A DNA stretch of 64,000 nt. It comes from Eledone cirrhosa. Lineage: Eukaryota. The notes under the pieces are model-generated. The model was not told the origin of the DNA. It searched no databases and worked only from the letters and a program-made list of their open reading frames with translations. How positions within the stretch are numbered: position 1 is the first letter of the stretch; every line of letters begins with the position of its first letter. A program made the translations under genes and the position numbers. This document shows, piece after piece, positions 1 to 14,700 of the stretch. The stretch spans positions 1-64,000 of the forward strand of contig CAXHJY010000281.1 in assembly GCA_964016885.1 (NCBI GenBank), given 5' to 3'.

Positions 1-2083
1 TAATAAGTAAGGGCAATCAAGGATATGAAGACTGGTAAGGCGGGCTGGGCCTTCGGGAAATAGTTTGGCCTGAGATGCTGAAGGCATCTGGCACGGTGGG
101 ACACACCATGGTCACCCGCATAGTTAACCAAGTCGTACAGAACGGGGTTGTTCCGAAGGACTGGCATAGCAGCATCATCGTTAACTGTTATAAGGGTAAA
201 GGAGACGCCCTAGATAGGGAGTAACTATAGAGGCATTAAATTAATCGAACCAGGTCATGAAGGTCACGGAAAGAGTAATAGCGCAACTAATCAGAGAGAG
301 AATTGACCTAGATGAAATGCAGTTCGGGTTTGTGTCAGGCAAAAAGTACCACAGACTGCTCGCTTTTTCATAGGACACGACAACTACAGGAGAAGTACCT
401 AGCTAAAGGTAAACCCCGTCTAGCTTAGCTTTTGTCGACTTGGAGAAAGCCTTCGACAGAGTCCCCCGCTCCATTATCTGGTGGGCTCTTAGAAAAACTA
501 GGCGTTGACGAATGGCTTGTGAGGGTGCTATACAAGCCATGTATAAAGAAAACAGTCAGCAAGGTTAGAATTAAACAACGAATATAGTGAGAGAGTTTAG
601 CGGTAAAAAGTCGGCGTCCATCAGGGCTCTTGTTCTCAGTCCACTACTATTTATTATTTGCCCTTCAGGCTGATAACAGGGAGTTCAAGACAGGCTGCCC
701 ATGGGAACTCCTATAGCGCAGACGACCTGACACTCATAGCGGAATCAATGGCCGAGCTAGAGAAGAAATTCCAAACATGGAAGCACGGCCTAGAGTCAAA
801 AAGGACTTAAAATTAACCTGGCTTAAGACCAAAGTACTAGTTGTGTAGGAAAGGAAAGACAAGGCGGCGGGTCCCTTCTGGGAAATGGTCGTGCTCGGGT
901 GTGTAGAAAGGCGTAGGAGTAGAAACTCCATTTTATGTCCTATAATGCAAAGTTATGGGTGACATAAAAGATGTAATGGGATCACAGGTAAGCTAACTAA
1001 GAACATAGATTTTACATGTGGCCGGTGCTCTGGTGCAATAAGTAGCAGCAAGTGCCCACAAACTACTAGCTCTTTCAATTGCGCAGAGGGTTCTATAGAA
1101 ATAGTGGACAGCTTCCGTTACCTGGGCGATAAAATCAGCAGTGGGGGAGGGTGCTCTGAAAGTACTGTAGCTAGAGTCAGAACTGGTTGGAAAAAGTTCA
1201 GAGAGCTTATACCACTATTAGCTGCTAAAGGGTTCTCACTAAAAATGAAAGGCAGGTTGTACGATGCCTGCATACGAACAGCAATGCTGCATGGCAGTGA
1301 GACCTGGGCATTGTGTGCAGAGGATATACGCAGACTAGAGAGGAACGAAGCTTGCATGCTCCGCTGGATGTGTAACAGTAATATACGTGAACGGCAAAGC
1401 ATAAACGAACTAAGGAATAAATTAGAGATAAGAGGGATCAGATGTTGTTTACTCGAGAGAAGGCTACGTTGGTATGGACACGTGATGCGCATGAAAGTCG
1501 ATAGCTGTATAACAAAGTGCAGGGCAATAAAGATAGACGGTAGTCACGGAATAGGCAGACCTAGAAAAACCTGGGACGAGCTGATAAACTCCGACATCAC
1601 ACACTTACACCTCTCCAAGACAATGTCACTGGACCGAGACCTTTGGCGGTACTCAGTAACAGAGAAGACCCGCCTTACCTAAATATATAGTAAAACCTAC
1701 TCCAGCCAGTAGGCATCTCTAACAAAATACACCCCGTCCCACCACCCCCACCCCCACCCGATCCACACCACCCCGTTCTATGTAAAGTTATGTTGGTGCC
1801 GCGCCATCGAGGCCGAAACAAATGAGATCGTGTAGGTGTCACGACAAAAAAACACACAGTCCACGCTGTAATGTGGCCGTGTAGGCAACACGGTAAAAAC
1901 CTCCCAGACCCACACTGTAAATGTGGTTGGTGTTAGGAAGGGCATCCAACTGTAGAAAACCTGCCAGACAGTCCTATGCGAGCAAGACAATCACTCTTGC
2001 CTCAAGTGGGACTACCCCCGTCCAAACCCATGCAAGCGTGGAACACGGACGTTAAACGTTGATGATGATGATGATGATGATGA
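1..2083 (+). mobile_element. RTE-clade LINE copy 1 (RT region, C-terminus, 3' UTR, (GAT)n tail); 5' end outside window
   Basis: Colinear with 36930-38938. ORF 1104-1682 has [14 protein letters not shown] and [11 protein letters not shown]. Ends GGACGTTAAACGTT(GAT)n. The first ~1 kb carries many 1-nt insertions. Confidence 0.93.
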
Positions 2084-2157
2084 TATATATGAGAGTCCCG
2101 GGTTGAATCGGGTAACCACAGTTAGTAAGGTACTCAATACATTAGTAGAGTGTAAGC

Positions 2158-2295
2158 ATCAAATTTAATATAGAAATGGCTTCTATAGTACTAGAACTGT
2201 TTCATTCGAAAGAAATCATCAGGAAAGCCCATGATGATTTCTTTCGAATGAAACTGTTCTAGTTCTGTAGAAGCCTTTTCTATATTAAATTTGAT
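2158..2295. repeat. Inverted repeat, 64-bp arms (2158-2221 / 2232-2295), 10-nt loop, 4 mismatches
   Basis: ATCAAATTTAATATAGAAATGGCTTCTA...GAAATCATCA-ggaaagccca-TGATGATTTC...TATATTAAATTTGAT. Confidence 0.93.
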
Positions 2296-2309
2296 TATAT
2301 ATATATTTA

Positions 2310-2472
2310 TTAAATAACAGATTAAAGTTTAAGCAAAGAATCGCTGCTTTCACCCTTAACGGGATCTTCTGAAACTAACAAAGTCAATCAGTAAACGCAG
2401 AACTGGATATTTCAAAAAACGTTGCAACCGGAGGAAGACAGGAAGACGATACTTTGGTTCGTGGAAACGTTC
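2310..2472 (+). repeat. Dispersed repeat segment also present at ~48331-48493; possibly a Helitron 5' terminal region
   Basis: AATAACAGATTAAAGTTTAAGCAAAGAATCGCTGCTT...CCCTTAACGGGATCTTCTGAAACTAA is shared by both loci, and both follow TA-rich sequence. Confidence 0.65.
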
Positions 2473-2700
2473 GATAGAAAGCTTAAGTTGTGGAATATTC
2501 TTTGGATGGTTGGTATCCCTCTTTCTGTTACATGAAGGAGAAAGCAGGCAGACAAGTAAAAGATATGTGAGAGTTGTCCACCTTTTCTGTCGTTTTTAGA
2601 TTTTAAATTTTCTTTCTCTCCCCTACTGACCACCACCTATAGAAGGAGATTTATTCTTTGAATTGAAATATAACTATGATGTACTGAGATTATACTTTCT

Positions 2701-5700
2701 ACTCAGTCTATTACATGTGTGAGACATTGTATTACATGTGAGACACTCACTGTATTACATAGGAGACACTTACTCTATTACACGTGAGACACTTACTCTA
2801 TTACACGTGAGACACTTACTCTATTACATGTGAGACACTTACTCTATTACACGTGAGACACTTACTCTATTACATGTGAGACACTTACTCTATTACATGT
2901 GTGAGACACTCACTGTATTACATGTGAGACACTTACTCTATTACATGTGTGAGACACTCACTCTATTACATGTGATACACTGACTATAACATGTGTGAGA
3001 CACTCACTCTATTACATGTGTGAGATACTGACAATATTACATGTGACAAACTATTACATGTGTGAGACACTATATTAGATGTGTAAGGCACTCTATTACA
3101 TGTGTGAGATACTTATTCTATTAAGTGTGAGACACTGACTCTATTACATGTGAGACACTCACTGTATTACATGGGACACTCACTGTATTACATGAGACAC
3201 TCACTGTATTATGTATGGGACACTCACTGTATTACATGTGTGAGACACATATGCTATTACATGTGTGAGACACATATGCTATTACATGTGTGAGACACTT
3301 ATGCTATTACATGTGTGAGACACTTATGCTATTACATGTGTCAGAGACTCACTCTATTACGTGTGAGACACTCACTGTATTACATGTGTGGCACACTCAC
3401 TCTATTGAATGTGTGAGACACTCACTGTATTACATGTGTGAGTCACTGACACTATTACATGTGTGAGACACTGACACTATTACATGTGTGAGACACTTAT
3501 GCTATTACATGTGTGAGACACTTATGCTATTACATGTGAGACACTGACACTATTACATGTGTGAGACACTGACACTATTACATGTGTGAGACACTGACTC
3601 TATTACATGTGAGAGACACTGACTCTATTACATGTGAGAGACACTGACACTATTACATGTGTGAGACACTAACACTATTACATGTGTGAGACACTGACAC
3701 TATTACATGTGAGACACTGACACTATTACATGTGTGAGACACTGACACTATTACATGTGAGACACTGACTCTATAACATGTGAGAGACACTGACTCTATT
3801 ACATGTGTGAGACACTGACACTATAACATGTATGAGACACTGACACTATAACGTGTGAGACACTGACACTATAACATGTGTGAGACACTGACACTATAAC
3901 ATGTGTGAGACACTGACACTATTACAATTGTGAGACACTGACACTATTACATGTGTGAGACACTGACACTATAACATGTGTGAGACACTGACACTATTAC
4001 AATTGTGAGACACTGACACTATAACATGTGTGAGACACTGACTCTATTACATGTGTGAGACACTGACACTATTACATGTGTGAGACACTGACACTATTAC
4101 AATTGTGAGACACTGACTCTATTACATGTGTGAGACACTGACTATTACATGTGTGAGACACTTACTGTATTACATGTGTGAGACACTTACGCTATTACAT
4201 GTGTGAGACACGCTATTACATGTGTGAGACACTATTACATGTGAGCCACTCACTATTACATGTGGGAGACGCTACTCTATTACATGTATGAGACACTCAC
4301 TGTATTACATGTGTGAGACTGACTCTATTACATGTGAAAAACTGACTCTATTACATGTGAAAAACTGACTCTATTACATGTGTGAGACACTCACTGTATT
4401 ACATGTGTGAGACACTCACTGTATTACATGTGTGAGTCACTGACTCTATTACATGTGAGACACTCACTGTATTACATGTGTGAGACACTCACTGTATTAC
4501 ATGTGAGACACTCACTGTATTACATGTGTGAGACAATCACTATTACATGTGAGACATTCACTGTATTGCATGTGTGAAACACTGACTCTATTACATGTGT
4601 GAGACACTGACTCTATTACATGTAAGACACTGTATTACATGTGTGAGACACTCTATTACATGTGTGAGGCACTCACTCTATTACATGTATGAGACACTTA
4701 TTCTATTACATGTGAGCCACTGACTCTATTACATGTGAGACACTGACTCTATTACATGTGAGACACTGACTCTATTACATGTGAGACACTGACTCTATTA
4801 CATGTGAGACACTGGCTCTATTACATGTGAGACACTGGCTCTATTACACGTGAGACACTGGCTCTATTACATGTGAGACACACACTGTATTACATGTGAG
4901 ACACACACTGTATTACATGAGACACTCACTGTATTAAATGTGAGACACTCACTGTATTACATGTGTGAGACACTCACTGTATTACATGTAAGACACTCAC
5001 TGTATTACATGTGTGAGACACTGACACTATTACATGTGTGAGACACTCACTCTATTACATGTAAGACACTGTATTACATGTGTGAGACACTTACTCTATT
5101 ACATGTGAGACACTTACACTGTTACATGTGTGAGACACTGACTATTATATGTGAGAGACTGACTCTATTACATGTGAGACACTCATTGTATTACATGTGA
5201 GACGCTCACTGTATTACATGTGAGACACTTACTCTATTACATGTGTGAGACACTTACTCTATTACATGTGTGAAACACTTACTCTATTACATGTGTGAAA
5301 CACGTACTCTATTACATGTGTGAAACACGTACTCTATTACATGTGTGAGACACGTACTGTATTACATGTGTGAGACACGTACTCTATTACATGTGTGAAA
5401 CACTGACTCTATTACATGTGTGAGACACTCACTGTATTACATGTGAGACACTCACTGTATTACATGTGTGGGACACTGATTCTATTACATGTGTGGGACA
5501 CTGACTCTATTACATGTGTCGGACACTGACTCTATTACATGTGTCGGACACTGACTCTGTTACATGTGTGGGACACTGACTCTGTTACATGTGTGGGACA
5601 CTGATTCTATTACATGTGTGGGACACTGATTCTATTACATGTGTGGGACACTGATTCTATTACATGTGTGGGACACTGATTCTATTACATGTGTGGGACA

Positions 5701-8700
5701 CTGATTCTATTACATGTGTGGGACACTGATTCTATTACATGTGTGTGACACTGATTCTATTACATGTGTGGGACACTGACTCTATTACATGTGTCAGACA
5801 CTCATTCCATTACATGTGAGACACTGTATTACATGTGTGAGACACTCACAGTATTACATGTGTGAGACTGACTCTATTACATGTGTGAGATACTCAGTCT
5901 ATTACATGTGAGAGACACTGACTCTATTACATGTGAGACACTCACTGTATTATGTGTGACGCACTCACTCTATTACATGTGTGAGACACTCATTCTATTA
6001 CATGTGAGACACTCACTGTATTACATGTGTGAGACACTCACAGTATTACATGTGAGACACTCAATTACATGTGTGAGACACAGACTCTATTACATGTGAG
6101 AGACACTGACACTATTACATGTGAGACACTCATTCCATTACATGTGTGAGACTGACTCTATTACATGTGTGAGATACTGTCTATTACATGTGAGAGACAC
6201 TGACTCTATTACATGTGAGACACTCACTGTATTATGTGTGACGCACTCACTCTATTACATGTGTGAGACACTCACTGTATTACATGTGAGACACTCACTG
6301 TATTAAATGTGAGACACTCACTGTATTACATGTGAGACACACTGTATTACATGTGAGACATTCACTGTATTACATGTGTGAGACACTGACTCTATTACAT
6401 GTGTGAAACACTCACTCTATTACATGTGTGAAACACTCACTCTATTACATGTGTGAAACACTCACTCTATTACATGTGTGAAACACTCACTCTATTACAT
6501 GTGTGAAACACTCACTCTATTACATGTGTGAGACACTCACTCTAATAGATGTGTGAGACACTCACTCTAATAGATGTGTGAGACACTCACTCTAATAGAT
6601 GTGTGAGACACTCACTCTATTAGATGTGTGACACACTCACTCTATTATGTGTGAGACACTCACTCTATTATGTGTGAGAGACTCACTCTATTATATGTGT
6701 GAGACGCTCACTGTATTACATGTGAGACACTCACTGTATTACATGTGTGAGACACTCACTGTATTACATGTGAGACATTCACTGTATTGCATGTGTGAAA
6801 CACTGACTCTATTACATGTGAGACACTGACTCTATTACATGTGAGACACTGGCTCTATTACATGTGAGACACTCACTGCATTACATGTGAGACGCTCACT
6901 GTATTACATGTGATACGCTCACTGTATTACATGAGACACTCACTGTATTACATGTGAGACACTCACTGTATTAAATGTGAGACAATCACTGTATTACATG
7001 TGTGAGACACTCACTGTATTACATGAGACACTCACTGTATTACATGTAAGACACTCACTGTATTACATCTGTGAGACACTCACCGTAGTACATGTGTGAG
7101 ACACTCACTGTATTACATGTGAGACACTGACACTTACATGTGTGAGACACTCACTCTATTACATGTGAGACACTGTATTACATGTGTGAGACACTTACTC
7201 TATGACATGTGAGACACTTACACTGTTACATGTGTGAGACACTGTATTACATGTGAGACACTGACTGTATTACATGTGTGAGACACTTATTCTATTACAT
7301 GTGGGTGACACTGACTATTATATGTGAGACACTGACTCTATTACATGTGAGACACTCACTGTATTACATGTGAGAGACTTACTCTATTACATGTGTGAGA
7401 CACTTACTCTATTACATGTGTGAGACACTTACTCTATTACATGTGTGAGACACTTACTCTATTACATGTGTGAAACACGTACTCTATTACATGTGTGAAA
7501 CACGTACTCTATTACATGTGTGAGACACGTACTCTATTACATGTGTGAGACACGTACTCTGTTACATGTGTGAGACACTATTACATGCGAGACACTCACT
7601 GTATTACATGTGAGACGCTCACTGTATTACATGTGAGACACTCACTGTATTACATGTGAGACACTCACTGTATTACATGTGTGGGACACTGATTCTATTA
7701 CATGTGAGACACTCACTGTATTACATGTGTGGGACACTGATTCTATTACATGTGTGGGACACTGATTCTATTACATGTGTGGGACACTGATTCTATTACA
7801 TGTGTGGGACACTGATTCTATTACATGTGTGGGACACTGACTCTATTACATGTGTCAGACACTGACTCTATTACATGTGTCAGACACTTACTCTATTACA
7901 TGTGTGAGCCACTGACTCTATTACATGTGTGAGACACTCATTCTATTACATGTGAGACACTGTATTACATGTGTGAGACACTCACAGTATTACATGTGAC
8001 ACACTCACTATTACATGTGAGACACTCAATTACATAGTGTGAGACATAGACTCTATTACATGTGAGAGACACTGACACTATTACATGTGAGACACTCATT
8101 CCATTACATGTGTGAGACTGACTCTATTACATGTGTGAGATACTCAGTCTATTACATGTGAGAGACACTGACTCTATTACATGTGAGACACTCACTGTAT
8201 TAAATGTGAGACACTCACTGTATTACATGTGAGACACACTGTATTACATGTGAGACATTCACTGTATTACATGTGTGAGACATTCACTGTATTACATGTG
8301 TGAGACACTGACTCTATTACATGTGTGAAACACACTCTATTACATGTGTGAGACACTCTATTAGATGTGTGAGACACTCTATTAGATGTGTGAGACACTC
8401 ACTCTATTATATGTGTGAGACACTCACTCTATTATATGTGTGAGACACTCGCTCAATTACATGGGAGAGACTATTACATGAGACACTCACTCTATTACGT
8501 GTGAGACACTCACTGTATTACATGGGACACTCACTGTATTACATGGGACACTCACTGTATTACATGTGAGACACTCACTGTATTACATGTGAGACACTCA
8601 CTGTATGACATGTGAGACACTCGCTGTATTACATGTGAGACACTCGCTGTATTACATGTGTGAGACACTCACTGTATTACATGTGTGAGACACTCACTGT

Positions 8701-11700
8701 ATTACATGTGTGAGACACTCACTGTATTACATGTGTGAGACACTCACACTATTACATGTGTGAGACACGCTATTACATGTGTGAGACACGCTATTACATG
8801 TGTGAGACACGCTATTACATGTGTGAGACACTTATGCTATTACATGTGTGAGACACTTATGCTATTACATGTGTGAGACACTTATGCTATTACATGTGTG
8901 AGAGACTTATGCTATTACATGTGTGAGACACTTATGCTATTACATGTGTGAGACACTTATGCTATTACATGTGTGAGACACTTATGCTATTACATGTGTG
9001 AGACACTTATGCTATTACATGTGTGAGACACTTATGCTGTTACATGTGTGAGACACTTATGCTGTTACATGTGTGAGACACTTATGCTGTTACATGTGTG
9101 AGACACTTATGCTGTTACATGTGTGAGACACTTACGCTATTACATGTGTGAGACACTCACTGTATTACATGTGTGAGACACACTGACTGTATTTCATGTG
9201 AGAACTCGCTGTATTACATGTGTGATACACTCACTCTATTAAATGTGAGACACTGACTCTATTACATGTGTGAGACACTCACTCTATTATGTGTGAGACA
9301 CTCACTGTATTACATGTGTGGTACACTCACTCTATTACATGTCTGTGACACTCATTCTATTAAATGTGAGACACTGACTGTATTACATGTGTGAGACACT
9401 GACACTATTACATGTGTGAGACACTGACACTATAACATGTGTGAGACACTTATGCTATTACGTGTGTGAGCCACTCACTGTATTACATATGTGAGACACT
9501 GTATTACATGTGGGAGACGCTGACTCTATTACATGTATGAGACACTCACTGTATTACATGTATGAGACACTCACTGTATTACATGTGAGACACACTCACT
9601 GTATTACATGTGAGAACTCGGGGTATTACATTTGTGATACACTCACTATTAAATGTGAGACTGACTCTATTACATGTGTCAGACTGACTCTATTACATGT
9701 GTGAGACACTCACTCTATTACGTGTAAGACACTCATATTACATGTGAGACACTCACTGTATTACATGTGTGAGTCACTGACTCTATTACATGTGTGAGAC
9801 ACTCATTCTATTACATGTGAGACACTCACTGTATTACGTGTGAGACACACTGTATTACATGTGAGACACACTGTATTACATGTGAGACACTGTATTACAT
9901 GTGTAAGACACTGACTATTACATGTAAGACACTGTATTACATGTGTGAGACACTGTATTACAATGTGTGAGGCACTCACTCTATTACATGTGTGAGACAC
10001 TTATTCTATTACATGTGAGACACTGACTATATTACATGTGAGACACTGACTCTATTACATGTGAGACACTGACTCTATTACATGTGAGACACTGACTCTA
10101 TTACATGTGAGACACTGACTCTATTACATGTGTGACACTCACTGTATTACATGTGAGACACTGTATTACATGTGAGACACTCACTGTATTACATGAGACA
10201 GTCACTGTATTACATGTGAGACACTCACTGTACTACATGTGAGACACTCACTGTATTACATCTGTGAGACACTCACTGTATTACATCTGTGAGACACTCA
10301 CTGTATTACATCTGTGACACACTCACTGTATTACATCTGTGACACACTCACTGTATTACATGTGTGAGACACTGACACTTACATGTGTGAGACACTGACA
10401 CTTACATGTGTGAGACACTGACACTTACATGTGTGAGATACTGACTCTATTGCATGTTTGAGACACTGACTCTATAACATGTGTGAGACACTGACACTAT
10501 TACATGTGTGAGACACTGACTCTATTACATGTGTGAGACACTGACACTATAACATCTGTGAGACACTGACTCTATTACATGTGAGAGACACTGACACTAT
10601 AACATCTGTGAGACACTGACTCTATTACATGTGAGAGACACTGACTCTATTATATGTGAGATAATGACTATTACATGTGTGAGACACTGACTCTATTACA
10701 TGTGTGAGACACTGACTCTATTACATGTGTGAGATACTGACTCTATTACATGTGTGAGACACTGACTCTATTACATGTGAGACACTTACTCTATTACATG
10801 TGAGACACTTACACTGTTACATGTGGGTGACACTGACTATTATGTGCGAGACACTCACTGTATTACATGTGAGACACTCATTGTATTACATGTGTAAGAC
10901 ACTTACTCTATTACATGTGTGAGACACGTACTCTATTACATGTGTGAGACACGTACTCTATTACATGTGTGAGACACTCACTCTATTATATGTGAGACAC
11001 TCACTCTATTACATGTGAGACACTCACTGTATTACATGTGTGGGACACTGACTCTATTACATGTGTGGGACACTGACTCTATTACATGTGTGAGACACTG
11101 ACTCTATTACATGTGTGAGACACTGACTCTATTACATGTGTGAGACACTGACTCTATTACATGTGTGAGACACTGACTCTATTACATGTGTGAGACACTG
11201 ACTCTATTACATGTGTCGGACACTGACTCTATTACATGTGTGAGACACTGACTCTATTACATGTGTGAGACACTGACTCTATTACATGTGTGAGACACTG
11301 ACTCTATTACATGTGTGAGACACAGACTCTATTACATGTGTGAGACACTGTCTATTACATGAGAGACACTGACACTATTACATGTGAGACACTTATTCCA
11401 TTACATGTGTGAGACACTGACTCTATTACATGTGTGAGATACTCAGTCTATTACATGTGAGAGATACTGACTCTATTACATGTGAGACACTCACTGTATT
11501 ATGTGTGACGCACTCACTCTATTACATGTGTGAGACACTCATTTTATTACATGTGAGACACTCACTGTATTACATGTGTGAGACACTCACTGTATTACAT
11601 GTGTGAGACACTCACTGTATTACGTGTGAGACACTGACTCTATTACATGTGAGACACTGACTCTATTACATGTGAGACACTGACTCTATTACATGTGTGA

Positions 11701-14700
11701 GACACTCACTCTATTATATGTGTGAGACACTCACTCTATTATATGTGTGAGACACTCACTCTATTATATATGTGAGACACTCACTCAATTACATGTGAGA
11801 GACACTCTATTACATGAGACACTCACTCTATTACATCTGTGACACTCTCACTGTATTACATGAGACATTCACTGTATTACATGTGAGACATTCACTGTAT
11901 TACATGTGAGACATTCACTCTATTACGTGTGAGACACTCACTCTATTACGTGTGTGAGACACTTTTATTACATGTGTGAGAGACTTATTGTATTACATGT
12001 GTGAGACACTCACTGTATTACATGTGAGACACTGACTGTATTACATGTCTGAGACACTGACTGTATTACATGTCTGAGACACTCTATTATGTGTAAAACA
12101 CTATTAAATGTGTGAGATACTGTATTACCTGTGTGTGACACTCACTGTATTACCTGTGTGTGACACTCACTGTATTACCTGTGTGAGACACTCACTGTAT
12201 TACATGTGTGAGACACATTCTATTACATGTGTGAGACACTGGCTCTATTACATGTGAGACACTCACTGTATTACATGTGTGAGACACTCACTGTATTACA
12301 TGTGTGAGGCATCACTTTATTACATGTGTGAGACACTTACTCTATTACATGTGTGAGACACTTACTCTATTACATGTGAGACACTTACTCTATTACATGT
12401 GAGACACTTACTCTATTACATGTGTGAGGCACTTAGTCTATTACATGTGTGAGGCACTTACTCTATTACATGTGTGAGACACTTACTCTATTACATGTGT
12501 GAGGCACTTATTCTATTACATGTGTGAAACACTTTATTACACGTGTGACACTCACTCTATTACATGTGTGAGACACTGACTCTATTACATGTGTGAGACA
12601 CTGACTCTATTACATGTGTGAGACACTGACTCTATTACATGTGTGAGACACTGACTCTATTACATGTGTGAGACACTGATTCTATTACATGTGTGAGACA
12701 CTGACTCTATTACATGTGGGACACTGACTCTATTACATGTGTGAGACAATGACTGTATTACATGTGTGAGACAATGACTGTATTACATGTGTGAGACACT
12801 CACTGTATTACATGTGAGACAATGACTGTATTACATGTGTGAGACACTCACTGTATTACATGTGTGAGACACTGACTCTATTACATGTGTGAGACACTGA
12901 CTTTATTACATGTGTGAGACACTGACTCTATTACATGTGTGAGACATTGACTCTATTACATGTGTGAGACATTGACTCTATTACATGTGTGAGACACTGA
13001 CTCTATTACATGTGTGAGACACTGACTCTATTACATGTGTGAGACACTGACTCTATTACATGTGTGAGACACTGACTCTATTACATGTGTGAGACACTGA
13101 CTCTATTACATGTGTGAGACACTGACTCTATTACATGTGTGAGACACTGACTCTATTACATGTGTGAGACACTGACTGTATTACATGAGACACTCACTGT
13201 ATTACATGTCTGAGACACTGACTCTATTACATGTGTGAGACACTGACTCTATTAAATGTGTGAGATACTCACTGTATTACATGTGAGACACTCACTGTAT
13301 TACATGTGTGAGACACTCACTGTATTACATGTGTGAGACACTCACTGTATTACATGTGAGACACTGACTGTATTACATGTCTGAGACACTGACTGTATTA
13401 CATGTCTGAGACACTCTATTATATGTGTAAAACACTATTAAATGTGTGAGATACTGTATTACCTGTGTGTGACACTCACTGTATTACCTGTGTGAGACAC
13501 TCACTGTATTACATGTGTGAGACACATTCTATTACATGTGTGAGACACTGGCTCTATTACATGTGAGACACTCACTGTATTACATGTGTGACACACTCAC
13601 TGTATTTCATGTGTGAGACACTCTATTACATGTGTGAGGCATCACTTTATTACATGTGTGAGACACTTACTCTATTACATGTGTGAGACACTTACTCTAT
13701 TACATGTGAGACACTTACTCTATTACATGTGTGAGGCACTTACTCTATTACATGTGTGACGCACTTACTCTATTACATGTGTGAGGCACTTACTCTATTA
13801 CATGTGAGACACTTACTCTATTACATGTGAGACACTTACTCTATTACATGTGTGAGGCACTTACTCTATTACATGTGTGAGGCACTTACTCTATTACATG
13901 TGTGAGGCACTTACTCTATTACATATGTGAGACACTTACTCTATTACATGTGTGAGGCACTTACTCTATTACATGTGTGAGGCACTTACTCTATTACATG
14001 TGTGAGGCACTTACTCTATTACATGTGTGAGGCACTGACTCTATTACATGTGAGACACTCATTCTATTACATGTGTGAGAGACTTATTCTATTACATGTG
14101 TGAGACACTGACTGTATTACATGAGACACTCACTGTATTACATGTCTGAGACACTGACTCTATTACATGTGTGAGACACTGACTCTATTAAATGTGTGAG
14201 ATACTCACTGTATTACATGTGAGACACCCACTGTCACTGTATTACATGTGTGAGACACTCACTGTATTACATGTGTGAGACACTCACTGTATTACATGTG
14301 TGAGACACTCACTGTATTACATGTGTGAGACACTGACTGTATTACATGTCTGAGTCACTCTATTATATGTGTAAAACACTATTAAATGTGTGAGATACTG
14401 TATTACCTGTGTGCGACACTCACTGTATTACCTGTGTGAGACACTCGCTGTATTACATGTGAGACACATTCTATTACATGTGTGAGACACATTCTATTAC
14501 ATGTGTGAGACACATTCTATTACATGTGTGAGACACTGGCTCTATTACATGTGTGAGACACTCACTGTATTACATGTGTGAGACACTCACTGTATTACAT
14601 GTGTGAGACACTCTATTACATGTGTGAGGCATCACTTTATTACATGTGTGAGACACTTACTCTATTACATGTGTGAGACACTACTCTATTACATGTGTGA

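Noticed and set aside
5881-10000. Cys/His-rich ORFs (MCETLTVLHVRHSLYY...) resembling zinc-finger or metal-binding repeats
   Set aside because: They are direct translations of the satellite; the frames are broken constantly by unit-length variation.
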